Positions 42,304 through 52,140 of a stretch of 64,000 nt of DNA are shown piece by piece (position 1 is the first letter of the stretch; every line of letters starts with the position of its first letter). The notes below the pieces were generated by a model. The model made no database searches and was not told where the DNA came from. It was given only the letters and a program-made list of their open reading frames with translations. The stretch is from a virus: IMG/VR virus record IMGVR_UViG_3300034355_000809; one strand, 5' to 3'. The position numbers and the translations under genes are program-made.

Positions 42304-42950
42304 AATCACATAACGCAGTAGAAACAATTAAAAAAGTGTCCTTAATGTTGGAAAGAAAAGAGAAGTTTGCTTTTGTAACATATACAAGATCAGCAATCTT
42401 TACTTTGACTGGAGAACTAAAAGGAGAAAAGAAGCCACCAAAGAACTTTGTCAAGCTTCTTTCTGACGGCATGCAAAAGAAGGATCCTAATTTCATCAAG
42501 GCCGTACAAAAAGATCTAATGCTTTCAAGCATGGATAAGCTAGCAAGCCTTAATATAAAAGGTGTTGAATTTTACGATCCAGCTTTCTTGGAGCTTTACA
42601 TCAATAATAACTATGATGTATTCAAGACTTTTACTTCTTGGTACTTCAAGAATACAAAAGCTATTGTTGTATCTTTTCAGAATCAAAATTATATAGGAAA
42701 GTATTTTTCTCCTGATTCTTTGTTTATTCAAGTTCCCTATAATGACTTCTACTCTAGAATAGAATCTATTACAGAAGAGATAAAGTCACATAAGGGTGAA
42801 TACGACCTGTGCATCTTTGATTGCCCAATGTTAAGCGCTGCTTTAGCAGTACAAGTTTGGGACAATACAGACATGTCAATTATTGACCTGGGTAGAACCC
42901 TAACTGTAGCTAGAGCATTGGCAAAAAATAATGACAGAGCGAGACAATAA
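42300..42950 (+). CDS. Hypothetical protein, possibly GT-D-fold-like
   Basis: ATGA overlap with the GT2 gene. KFAFV near the N-terminus and IIDLG near the C-terminus loosely resemble GT-D/DUF1792 proteins. Confidence 0.35.
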   Translation: MKSHNAVETIKKVSLMLERKEKFAFVTYTRSAIFTLTGELKGEKKPPKNFVKLLSDGMQKKDPNFIKAVQKDLMLSSMDKLASLNIKGVEFYDPAFLELYINNNYDVFKTFTSWYFKNTKAIVVSFQNQNYIGKYFSPDSLFIQVPYNDFYSRIESITEEIKSHKGEYDLCIFDCPMLSAALAVQVWDNTDMSIIDLGRTLTVARALAKNNDRARQ

Positions 42951-43584
42951 GGCTTACGCCAATTTAAATGCAAAGATAATTAATCTGCTGTTTGAGACTG
43001 ACAAGTCTATAGCAAAAGTTGCAGAAGAATTGTTTATAACAAGTGAACAACTTAACAAGGCTATAACTAGACTTGGTTTAGGTTGGGTAAAAGACCATAG
43101 ACGCAAGATGTCTAAGGGTCAGACTGTGTTAACAAGCATAATGCAAAAGCTTTTGCCTAACGAAACAATAGTTAATGAATATCACTTGGGTGAAAGACTT
43201 AAACTGGATGTGTACTGTCCTAAATATAAGTTGGGTGCAGAGTTCCACGGCATCCAGCACTTTCAATACACAGAAAGATTCTTTGATACAAGAGATGATT
43301 TTTTAGAAGCTCAAAAAAGAGATCTAAGAAAAATACAACTCTGTGAAGAACAAGGTATTGCACTTGTAGTTTTTAGGTACGACGATAAGCTTACTGAAGA
43401 GTCAGTTTATGATAGAATACTTACCGCGATCAAGACTACTGGCACAGAGCCAACGGTTAAGAAGCGAAAGAGCATTAAAGATAACCCGACTTATCAGATA
43501 GCCAAGAAGAACAATTCTGAAAAGAAAAAAGCCATATACAAAGAGCTAAAAGAAAAGCGTAAAAATGACAGAAAACCAAACTGA
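42931..43584 (+). CDS. HTH plus DUF559/Vsr-like endonuclease
   Basis: LKLDVY...AEFHGIQH...RDLRK..LCEEQGIALV. N-terminal SIAKVAEELFIT is HTH-like. Confidence 0.65.
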   Translation: MTERDNKAYANLNAKIINLLFETDKSIAKVAEELFITSEQLNKAITRLGLGWVKDHRRKMSKGQTVLTSIMQKLLPNETIVNEYHLGERLKLDVYCPKYKLGAEFHGIQHFQYTERFFDTRDDFLEAQKRDLRKIQLCEEQGIALVVFRYDDKLTEESVYDRILTAIKTTGTEPTVKKRKSIKDNPTYQIAKKNNSEKKKAIYKELKEKRKNDRKPN

Positions 43585-45031
43585 AGATAAACAAGAGTAT
43601 CCAATTGAATACCAAGTTTTTGCTCTGTCATTCAAGAACCCAGGTTCGATAGCATACTTTGATGCACAGTTGCCAGACGAAGTTGTAGGTGCAATACATG
43701 GGCAGTCTGGGATACATGAGTTCTATAAGGCAATGCTGTCTTATTTTCATGCAACCAAGCGTGAGGTTGTAGAACCAATTGCATTTAAGTCTTGGTTAGA
43801 ATCTGAAACAGATATCCATGCAGCTCTTGGTGGATCTTCTGGTGTAGATACAATGATCAATGCTATTCTGAATCTAGAAACATCAGATCATGAATCTATT
43901 TCTCAGCTGCTAAAGCATAAGGCTAATAAAAGAAAGCAGCTGGACATACTCCAAGAGTTGCAAATCTTGCTTGTCCAAAAGGGTGAGAAGAATAATAAAG
44001 ATGTAGCAAGAATCTCTGAGATAACTGCAGAGATAAAGAACTTAGAAAATGATTTAAATTTTAACCCACTTGACAGTGTTGCTACCGCTAATGATATCTC
44101 AAAAAGAGCTGCTTCCCTGTTAGAAATCCCAAGCTTTTTGCCGACACAATACAAGTCCCTCAATAGAGCTATGGGCTATACCGACGATGGTGGCTTCTTT
44201 AGAGGAGCAGTGCATGCCATAATCGCTCCATCGGGCAAGGGTAAAAGCACATTTGCAAAGTGCCTAATTAATCATTGGGCAGACACAGGATACAAAGTCT
44301 TGTACGTTAACTTTGAGGAAGCTGTTCCGCACTGGGAGCGTGTACTCATGACCCAGATCATTGAGAAAAACGTCTACGCTGAAGCAGCTAATTGGAGCGA
44401 CAAAGAGAAGGCACAAAACTTAGCTAAGTTTAAAGCAAAGCTAGATGAATGGGGAGATAGATTCATGGTAAAGCATGACCCAGACACCCCATACTTTGAG
44501 GACTTAGAAAAGTGGTTTAGAAGTATAATGGGTCATTCAGAACTTGTCCCGGACGTTATTGTTATTGACACAATACAATCGATGTTTACCAAAGGCGGAA
44601 AGGGTAAGCCACGTTGGGGTGAGTTCGAAGAAATGATGGTTAGATTAGAAAAACTTGCAAGAGACATGGATTGTGTTTTAATAATTACAGCTCAAGAAAA
44701 CTCGAACAGAATGAAAGAAAGAAGAGAAGTAGTACAGCAGTCTGATACTGGAGGATCACTTTCGATCCAGCAGAAGTGTGCTGTAACTATCTTCATCACT
44801 GAAAAGAAATTAATCAGTGGAGATGATTCTGAAGATGAAAACATAATGCAGTTGCAAATTCCTAAGAACAGAATTACTGGCTCAACATACACATACAATT
44901 CTCCATTGGTCAAGTACGTAGATCAGCATAAGAAGTATGTGGAGTATGAACCAATAACAAGTGAGTCCTATTCAAAGATAGTCAACGCTGATGATATTAA
45001 AGAACTAATCGAGAGCATAAACATACTCTAA
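43565..45031 (+). CDS. dnaB: Replicative DnaB-like (SF4) helicase
   Basis: Walker A APSGKGKST, YVNFEE, VIVIDT, TAQEN and KNR. Confidence 0.85.
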   Translation: MTENQTEDKQEYPIEYQVFALSFKNPGSIAYFDAQLPDEVVGAIHGQSGIHEFYKAMLSYFHATKREVVEPIAFKSWLESETDIHAALGGSSGVDTMINAILNLETSDHESISQLLKHKANKRKQLDILQELQILLVQKGEKNNKDVARISEITAEIKNLENDLNFNPLDSVATANDISKRAASLLEIPSFLPTQYKSLNRAMGYTDDGGFFRGAVHAIIAPSGKGKSTFAKCLINHWADTGYKVLYVNFEEAVPHWERVLMTQIIEKNVYAEAANWSDKEKAQNLAKFKAKLDEWGDRFMVKHDPDTPYFEDLEKWFRSIMGHSELVPDVIVIDTIQSMFTKGGKGKPRWGEFEEMMVRLEKLARDMDCVLIITAQENSNRMKERREVVQQSDTGGSLSIQQKCAVTIFITEKKLISGDDSEDENIMQLQIPKNRITGSTYTYNSPLVKYVDQHKKYVEYEPITSESYSKIVNADDIKELIESINIL

Positions 45032-45038
45032 GGAAAAT

Positions 45039-45836
45039 ATGATACAAATAGAAACACAACAGTTAAAAGATTTCCAAACATGTGAAAGACTATATGATTT
45101 TAGGCACCTTGAGAAATTGCCAGAAACAATAGGTGAAAGAAAATTAAATTCACTTAAGTTTGAAACTACAATTAAAGCAATTGTTAATCATTTCTTTTAT
45201 CAAAAACAAAATGGACGCACACCGTCCTATGCCTCACTGTTACACAAGTGGGAAAAGCTTTGGTTTCCTAAGGACACTACGCCCTACGACATTGTCCACG
45301 AACAGCATGAAAGCCTGTATGGCAACATGGCAAGCTTGACTAGCAAAGCTGCAGCAGTTCTGTTAGAGATGGTAGAAAACTTTAGTGATCCAGATATCAT
45401 TCCTATGGGTATAGGTCTTGAATACACAGCTCCAGTAACGCCAAACATTGGTGTCAATGACATGTTTGATCTTGTATATAAGAAAAACGGTAAGGTCTAT
45501 GTTGTTAAATGGGTATTCAATCACAAGCTAAAGTTTGAGAATAGTTACGTAATTGACTTTGCCCTCATGCATGTTGGTTATTTTAATAAGTTTGGCGATA
45601 GAATAAAAGACACCAAATTTGGCTACTTTGATTTAATGAATCAAAAGTCTGGGTTCAACGAAGTTGTTGTGCAGAAAGCTGATATAGAAGCTCTAAAGTA
45701 CTGGTGTGATTCACTGCATGATGAAAAGATTTTCCCATCTAGAAGAGGGCTTACAGCATACTGCAAGGTGTGTCCTTATGATAAGCCTTGTTCAAAGTGG
45801 GTTCTATGGGCAAAAAAGGAGAAAGACAATGGCTAA
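45039..45836 (+). CDS. PD-(D/E)XK RecB/AddB-like protein, catalytic motif apparently degenerate
   Basis: N-terminal FQTCERLY and C-terminal CKVCPYDKPC form an Fe-S staple pattern. VVKWVF stands where IxDYK is expected. Confidence 0.6.
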   Translation: MIQIETQQLKDFQTCERLYDFRHLEKLPETIGERKLNSLKFETTIKAIVNHFFYQKQNGRTPSYASLLHKWEKLWFPKDTTPYDIVHEQHESLYGNMASLTSKAAAVLLEMVENFSDPDIIPMGIGLEYTAPVTPNIGVNDMFDLVYKKNGKVYVVKWVFNHKLKFENSYVIDFALMHVGYFNKFGDRIKDTKFGYFDLMNQKSGFNEVVVQKADIEALKYWCDSLHDEKIFPSRRGLTAYCKVCPYDKPCSKWVLWAKKEKDNG

Positions 45837-46500
45837 GAAAGATATTCTAGATGAGATACTTGCAGAAAAACCTGTGCTCTCACAGATTAAAGAAGAAGAT
45901 GTAATTCTAGAACCTTTACTTGAGGAGATAGGATTGATAGAGGACGAAAACATAAGCTCATTTGTTAGATCAATCTTAGTAAGATCGACTGATTTTTGGC
46001 TAATGCCGTCGAGCTTTTCTGGTAAGTACCATCCAAAAGACGAGCATGGAGAAGGGGGCAATGTGCTCCATACCAAGAGAGTGATGCGCGTTGCCCAAAT
46101 ACTTGCAGAGTCATATGGTTTAACTGACGAAGAAAAAGACATGGTGTTTGCTGCCGTGCTACTCCATGATATCAAAAAGGGGAATAGGTATGGAGATGAC
46201 ACAAAATTTACTTATGACCCAATGCATCCATATACCGTTGGACAGTTTGTTAAAAAGTGTCAAGACGAAGATAGGAAGTTTGCTTCAGAGTCTCAATCAT
46301 CTACCTTGTATCTAGCTGAAGATATCGTACAATCTATACTTAGATTAGTTCGCTGTCACTTGGGACCATGGTCACCAGTTCCTGAGACTAGTCCGGTCAC
46401 ATACCTGGATATGATCGTTCATATCGCAGACAATGTTGCGTCTAAGGTAGACTATGTTGTTGATGGTAAAGATATAAAAGAAGATAGATGGAATGTTTAA
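45829..46500 (+). CDS. HD-domain phosphohydrolase (YhaM-like)
   Basis: SGKYHP, GGNVLHT, LLHDIKK, HP, CHLG and VHIAD. Confidence 0.8.
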   Translation: MAKKDILDEILAEKPVLSQIKEEDVILEPLLEEIGLIEDENISSFVRSILVRSTDFWLMPSSFSGKYHPKDEHGEGGNVLHTKRVMRVAQILAESYGLTDEEKDMVFAAVLLHDIKKGNRYGDDTKFTYDPMHPYTVGQFVKKCQDEDRKFASESQSSTLYLAEDIVQSILRLVRCHLGPWSPVPETSPVTYLDMIVHIADNVASKVDYVVDGKDIKEDRWNV

Positions 46501-46669
46501 CGCCGACACAGATAATATTCTCTTAAAAAGATTTACAATTGCTAAAAAACTAGAGTATTATATTGAGGAATCTATATATTATAGAACTCACTCGGACTCA
46601 ATCAATATTAATTCAAGAAAGGTTTTGTGGCGTATTCAAGACGCCGAGGGAAAAACTCAGATTAAATGA
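46493..46669 (+). CDS. Small hypothetical protein (58 aa, not in the ORF track)
   Basis: ORF MFNADTDNILLKRF...KTQIK fills the gap and has an ATGA overlap with the primase gene. Confidence 0.5.
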   Translation: MFNADTDNILLKRFTIAKKLEYYIEESIYYRTHSDSININSRKVLWRIQDAEGKTQIK

Positions 46670-47859
46670 AAATTAATAAAGATAATAAATTCCTATCTAA
46701 CTGGAGCCTATACGAGGTGGCTAGATATGTTCCATCTCTAGAAAGAGTTATACGAGATAAGGACAAAATTATTTCCCTTGAGGAAGTTCCAGACTATGCC
46801 GAAAAGAATAACAATATAGGCATATACACTTCAGTATTTGCCTACGACACCGCAGAGTTTACAAAAGCTAGTAGGTTGGGTCCACTCTATTTTGATATTG
46901 ACAACAAAGATTTTGGTATCGCTCAGCAAGATTGTATTAAGTTATACGAACATTTATTGAAGTATGTTCCAGCTGAATCAATACTTGTTTACTTTACTGG
47001 TAAAAAAGGTTTTCATATAGAGTGTGAACCAATCGCCCTTGGCATAAGCCCAGGCAACAACCTGCCAAAGATATTTAGATATATAGCTACAGATATGGTC
47101 AAGAAGCTGTCATTGACAAGCTTAGACTTTAGCGTGTATGATCTTAGAAGAATGTGGAGATTACCTGGGTCTATTCATCAGGATACAAAGCTTTACAAGA
47201 CACTTTTAAATCCGTTTAATGGTGAAAAGAATTACGCCTACGAAGAGTTTGACGTTATTAAAGAGTATGCATCACAAAAAAGATCACTAGATGTAGCTGA
47301 GCAGATTTTTAGTTACAAAGCAAATGAATGGTACAGAGAAAATATCTATAACCTAGAAGAAGATTCTAAGAAGAAAGATAACCCTTTAGACTACTTTAAC
47401 AAGTATGGTTCAAAAGCTTTCAAAACATTAGCACCGTCAGCAAAGGTATTCGATAAAGAAGCATTGATACACAACTGCAGCGCCATTAAACGATTGCATG
47501 AGCAAGCAGAAGAAAGCCATTACCTTGAACATGAAGCTAGATTATTCCTCTGTTCTATCTTGACCTACACGGAAGATTCAATCAAATATCTCCATGAGAT
47601 TTTAAGTTGTTGTCATGATTACAATTTTGAAAAGTCTTCTGCTCATATCAATGATTGGATTAAGAGAAGACAGATGGGCATTGGTGGAAGACCATACACA
47701 TGCGAACGAGCTAACTCTGTGGGTGTAGGTTGTGGTGAATGTAATTTGGAAAAGAAAAACAAATGGGCTCAGATTGGGAACAAGTATGTTGAGACTACAG
47801 AAAAGTCTTCGCCATCACCAATAAGATACGCATATAAGACGACCAAAAAGGAAGATTAA
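46666..47859 (+). CDS. Archaeo-eukaryotic-type primase (AEP) with Cys-containing C-terminal (PriL-like) domain
   Basis: LYFDID, FTGKKGFH, D..VYD.RRMWRLPGS; C-terminal HNC...HEAR...RPYTC...CGEC. Confidence 0.78.
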   Translation: MKINKDNKFLSNWSLYEVARYVPSLERVIRDKDKIISLEEVPDYAEKNNNIGIYTSVFAYDTAEFTKASRLGPLYFDIDNKDFGIAQQDCIKLYEHLLKYVPAESILVYFTGKKGFHIECEPIALGISPGNNLPKIFRYIATDMVKKLSLTSLDFSVYDLRRMWRLPGSIHQDTKLYKTLLNPFNGEKNYAYEEFDVIKEYASQKRSLDVAEQIFSYKANEWYRENIYNLEEDSKKKDNPLDYFNKYGSKAFKTLAPSAKVFDKEALIHNCSAIKRLHEQAEESHYLEHEARLFLCSILTYTEDSIKYLHEILSCCHDYNFEKSSAHINDWIKRRQMGIGGRPYTCERANSVGVGCGECNLEKKNKWAQIGNKYVETTEKSSPSPIRYAYKTTKKED

Positions 47860-47861
47860 GT

Positions 47862-48065
47862 ATGAACATAAGAAATCCAGATGACGTAATCGGAGTGTGC
47901 TCCGAATGTAAATCAGATCAACCAATGAGATATATGGAGAACAGCCCATTTGCCCAAGAGGGCAAAGCAGTTACCTGTAAATACTGCGGAGGTGTAGTTA
48001 TAATAACGTACAGAGAAACCAGAGACGACTCCCTTAACGGTTCAGACAGAGAAAGAGGAATCTAA
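47862..48065 (+). CDS. Zinc-ribbon protein
   Basis: CSEC...CKYC. Confidence 0.6.
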   Translation: MNIRNPDDVIGVCSECKSDQPMRYMENSPFAQEGKAVTCKYCGGVVIITYRETRDDSLNGSDRERGI

Positions 48066-51000
48066 TTGAAGAATTGGACTAACCTCCACAATCATACAAC
48101 CTACTCCATGCTAGACGGGCACGGGAAGGTAGAACAGTACTTTGCGAAAGCAAAGGACCTAGGAATGGTTGGACTAGCCACCACTGATCATGGCAATATA
48201 CACTCATGGTTAGACTTCTACGACGCTGGAGTGGCAACAGGGGTTAAGCCAATACTTGGTTCTGAATTTTATCAGGCTAGAAAAACTAGATTTGATAGAG
48301 ACGAAGAAGAAAGATCAGGCCCTGCAAAAAATGAATGGGAACAACGTGGCCCGTACCACATAACTATTCTGGCTAAGAACAACGAAGGTTATCATAATAT
48401 TATCAAGATATCTTCTAAGTCATACCTAGAGGGATACTATGTCAAGCCAAGAATTGATCACGAATTAATTGCAGCACACTCTTCTGGCTTAATAGTTTTG
48501 TCCGGATGTCTCAATGGTGAAGTGGCTCAAGCCCTCTTGAGAGGTGACACCAAGTTTGCCCTAGAGTCAGCCGCAAAGATGCAAGACATTGTTGGGAAAG
48601 AAAATTACTTTATTGAAATTCAAAACCATGGTCTTCCTGAACAAATCAAAATAACTCAAGGCTTAATTGACATTGCACAAAAGATAGGTGCAAAGATAGT
48701 GCCAACAGGTGACTGCCACTATGTGCATAAGGAAGATGCTAGAGCACATGACATAATGTTGTGCGTGTCCACTAACTCTAATATAAACACAGAAAATAGA
48801 TTCTCTTTTAGCGGAGATAATTTCTATCTAAAATCTTATGATGAGATGGCAACAGTATTCCCTGAAGATTGGTTGAAGAATACTTTAGAAATATCTTCAA
48901 TGGTTGATGTCAATTTAAAGTTTGGCGATCTTCACTTCCCACATTTCCCATTGCCAGAGGGAACCAACACGGATGATCATCTAGATCTATTGGCTTGGGA
49001 TGGACTTAAGAAAAAGTACGGAGACCCGTTGCCAGAAGAAGTACTCCATAGAGCTCAGCATGAACTCAGAGTAGTCAAGGAAATGGGATACCCAGAATAC
49101 TTCTTGGTTGTTTCTGATCTAGTTCAATGGGCTAAGTCTAACAACATTAGAGTTGGGTGGGGTAGAGGCTCTGCTGCAGGCAGCATCTTGTCATATGCAT
49201 TGGGCATTACTAATCTTGACCCACTTAAATTTGGGTTGATGTTTGAAAGATTTCTAGTAGAGGGTAGAAAGTCAATGCCTGACATCGATCTGGACTTCGA
49301 CGACAGACATAGAGACAAGGTAATCAACTATGCTAGAGAGAAATATGGTGACGATAAAGTAGCCCATATTTGTACGTTTAACAAAACTGGAGCCAGACAG
49401 TCCATACGTGATGCAGCACGCGCTTTGGCCTACGATTTTATAGGTGGTGACAAGATAGCCAAACTGGTCCCTGCGCCTGTCCTGGGCGTTGCTAAGAGCC
49501 TCTCAGAGTGCATGGAGACACCTGAGTTCAGACAGATGTATGACTCAGATGATGACTCTAAACTAATTGTAGATACAGCCTTTGGGTTAGAAGGTCTCAT
49601 AAGACAGACGGGTATGCACGCTGCAGGGGTTGTTATATCCAGAGAGCCGCTGACAGACTATCTCCCAATCATGAAGAAGGGTGTTGACAACCCTGTCATA
49701 ACCCAGTGGGACATGGGCAGAGTAGAACAGTGCGGCCTATTAAAGATTGACTTCCTTGGCCTTAGAAACCTTGGCGTGATTGACGAGTGCATTAAGTTAG
49801 TCAATAAAAATAGAGGCATATTGATAGACGTAGACAAGATACCCCTGGACGATTATAAGACGTATCAGGAACTTTGCAAAGGTAATGCAATAGGTGTTTT
49901 CCAACTTGAGTCAACTGGGATGCGTGAACTAATGGTGCAGTTGCAACCACAAGATGTTCAAGACATCATGGCTCTAATTTCATTGTATCGTCCAGGCCCA
50001 ATGGGATCTGGCATGGATAAGTTATATATTTCTAGAAAGCATTCAAAGTCATCAATTCAATATGATCATCCTAATTTAGAAAAAGTGTTAGGCCCATCAC
50101 TAGGAATCATGCTTTACCAGGAAGATGTTTTGGGAGTCGCTAGAGAACTAGCAGGGTTCAGTACAGCAGAAGCTGATGACTTAAGAAAAGTAATTGGTAA
50201 AAAATTGATGGACAAGATCGCATTGTTCAGAGGAGAGTTTGTCAAAGGCTGCATGGAGAAGTCAGATATATCTGAGGACAAAGCAAATAAAATATATTCT
50301 GATATCGAATACTTCGGTGGGTACGGGTTTAACAGAGCACACGCAGCAAGCTATGCGATGATTTCATACATAACTGCGTACCTTAAGGCAAACTATACAG
50401 CGGAATACATGGCTGCACTCCTGTCTTCTGTTACTGGAAACAAGGATAAGCTGGCCTTGTATCTTTCTGACTGTAGAAAGCTTGGGATAAAAGTTTTAAG
50501 CCCTTCTATTAATAAGTCAGTAGAAGAGTTCACCGTAATCGATGAAGCAACAATCATCTTTGGACTCTCTGCAATCAACGGAATTGGCTATGCAGTATCG
50601 GAGGCAATACTTTCTTCAAGAGATCAAGACAACCCTTACACTTCGATGCATGACTTCTTAAGACGAACTGGTCCAGCGGTACTAAAGAAATCAACCATTG
50701 AACACCTAGCTAATGCTGGTGCTCTTGACGAATTAATTAGCGAAGTATATGACCAGGACTTCGGAAGACAAACCGAGCTTACTATTTTAGAAAAAGAAAA
50801 AGAAGAGCTAGGGATATATGTTTCCAAGAATCCAGTTGATGGTGTTTGGGATCTTCTTTCTAAGAATATAGATTATGAAATCATAGAAGTAGCAGATTTA
50901 CAAGCCGGATCTAGAGTTAACTTGGGTGGAATCATTTCCTCGTCAAAGAAAATGATAACTAAAAAAGGCGCTAAGATGTATAAGTTTAATTTACAAGACA

Positions 51001-51392
51001 TATCTTCTGACATTGAAGTTATAGTCTTTCCTAGAGAAGCAAAGAAGTTTGATGATGACTACTTCCAAAACGGTGACGTAGTTATGCTTACAGGAGCTGT
51101 GAACAAAGACGGAGATGAAGAGAACCTAATCAGTAAGATACTTTTAAACAGTTGTGAAAAATTAGATCTTTCAAACTTCTCTGGAGGAACACCTATATAT
51201 CTAAAAGTAGATTCAGATATAAGTGCAGAGACTTTAAAAAAGATGTATGCTATAATTAATGCAACAGATGGAGGCTCATATGTGTTTTTATCTTACAAAG
51301 AAAACGGAAAAACTTTAAGCTTTAAATTTAAAAAGAAAACTTCTATATCAGTTAAAGATAAATTGAACTCATTATTATCGGAGAAAGTATGA
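48066..51392 (+). CDS. dnaE: DNA polymerase III alpha subunit (family C)
   Basis: PHP motifs LHNHT and TDHG, then GRGSAAGS, MPDIDLDF, GLLKIDFLGL, FNRAH and a C-terminal OB fold. TTG start with GAGGA SD. Confidence 0.96.
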   Translation: MKNWTNLHNHTTYSMLDGHGKVEQYFAKAKDLGMVGLATTDHGNIHSWLDFYDAGVATGVKPILGSEFYQARKTRFDRDEEERSGPAKNEWEQRGPYHITILAKNNEGYHNIIKISSKSYLEGYYVKPRIDHELIAAHSSGLIVLSGCLNGEVAQALLRGDTKFALESAAKMQDIVGKENYFIEIQNHGLPEQIKITQGLIDIAQKIGAKIVPTGDCHYVHKEDARAHDIMLCVSTNSNINTENRFSFSGDNFYLKSYDEMATVFPEDWLKNTLEISSMVDVNLKFGDLHFPHFPLPEGTNTDDHLDLLAWDGLKKKYGDPLPEEVLHRAQHELRVVKEMGYPEYFLVVSDLVQWAKSNNIRVGWGRGSAAGSILSYALGITNLDPLKFGLMFERFLVEGRKSMPDIDLDFDDRHRDKVINYAREKYGDDKVAHICTFNKTGARQSIRDAARALAYDFIGGDKIAKLVPAPVLGVAKSLSECMETPEFRQMYDSDDDSKLIVDTAFGLEGLIRQTGMHAAGVVISREPLTDYLPIMKKGVDNPVITQWDMGRVEQCGLLKIDFLGLRNLGVIDECIKLVNKNRGILIDVDKIPLDDYKTYQELCKGNAIGVFQLESTGMRELMVQLQPQDVQDIMALISLYRPGPMGSGMDKLYISRKHSKSSIQYDHPNLEKVLGPSLGIMLYQEDVLGVARELAGFSTAEADDLRKVIGKKLMDKIALFRGEFVKGCMEKSDISEDKANKIYSDIEYFGGYGFNRAHAASYAMISYITAYLKANYTAEYMAALLSSVTGNKDKLALYLSDCRKLGIKVLSPSINKSVEEFTVIDEATIIFGLSAINGIGYAVSEAILSSRDQDNPYTSMHDFLRRTGPAVLKKSTIEHLANAGALDELISEVYDQDFGRQTELTILEKEKEELGIYVSKNPVDGVWDLLSKNIDYEIIEVADLQAGSRVNLGGIISSSKKMITKKGAKMYKFNLQDISSDIEVIVFPREAKKFDDDYFQNGDVVMLTGAVNKDGDEENLISKILLNSCEKLDLSNFSGGTPIYLKVDSDISAETLKKMYAIINATDGGSYVFLSYKENGKTLSFKFKKKTSISVKDKLNSLLSEKV

Positions 51393-51754
51393 CAACTGGA
51401 AACTTCTATAAGAATCCTTCGACTAAAGACTGTTGGGTGTATTGCTCTTCTTGTAGCAGATGCCAGGACAAGGGAAGATATACCAAGTGCAACAAGTGCA
51501 GTGGAAGATATGACCCTAACGGATGCATAGATACGGACAACGGTGATTTTTGTGATTGCAAGAATGGAATTCTCCGCTGGAAGACAAAGAGTGGGAAGGT
51601 CTTGATGTCTAGGTTCAAGGCAAATCCATTTAAGGGAAACGTTAGATACGAAAAGAAGTCAGAAGATGAAAGAGACTGGGATTCGTACCTAAAGGATATG
51701 AGAAACAAGATGGGTGATCCAAACTGGAACCCAGTTAGCATTTACGAGGATTAA
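51389..51754 (+). CDS. Cys-rich (Zn-binding) hypothetical protein
   Basis: CWVYCSSCSRC...CNKC...CDC. ATGA overlap with dnaE. Confidence 0.6.
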   Translation: MTTGNFYKNPSTKDCWVYCSSCSRCQDKGRYTKCNKCSGRYDPNGCIDTDNGDFCDCKNGILRWKTKSGKVLMSRFKANPFKGNVRYEKKSEDERDWDSYLKDMRNKMGDPNWNPVSIYED

Positions 51755-51755
51755 T

Positions 51756-51962
51756 ATGTTAGGAAAAGAAAACGGTAGAATGTTATTAAACAATGTCAAA
51801 CTGATTGAATACGATCAGGGTGGAGATACTCAGAGCTTCTTTTTGCAGCTGGGAGTGGTTGGTTTTTATGCTACAGAAGAAGAGTTACATGATGTATATG
51901 GTTTATTGAATTACTATTTCAATATAGATTCGGTAAACAATACAGTTATTTCAGTAGATTAG
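51756..51962 (+). CDS. Hypothetical protein (68 aa)
   Basis: GAGGA SD before ATG 51756. Confidence 0.55.
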   Translation: MLGKENGRMLLNNVKLIEYDQGGDTQSFFLQLGVVGFYATEEELHDVYGLLNYYFNIDSVNNTVISVD

Positions 51963-51969
51963 GAGAGTT

Positions 51970-52140
51970 ATGTCTTGGCCATATTTAGAAGATGATTTCA
52001 TGGAGATAGGCGATAGTGGTTGGAGATCATTTGGTGAAAGTATGTACAAAAATATACATACTGGAGAAATTATAAACGAAGATGGTGTAGAGTGTGACGA
52101 ACAAGGAAAGCCGATATCTGAAGATGTCGATGGAGAATGA
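51970..52140 (+). CDS. Small acidic hypothetical protein (56 aa, not in the ORF track)
   Basis: AGGAG SD, MSWPYLEDDF...DVDGE, and ATGA overlap with the next gene. Confidence 0.55.
   Translation: MSWPYLEDDFMEIGDSGWRSFGESMYKNIHTGEIINEDGVECDEQGKPISEDVDGE

Noticed and set aside
35717-51392. Inteins or introns in nrdJ, dnaB or dnaE
   Set aside because: Protein lengths are normal, motifs are continuous, and no intein splice signatures were seen.
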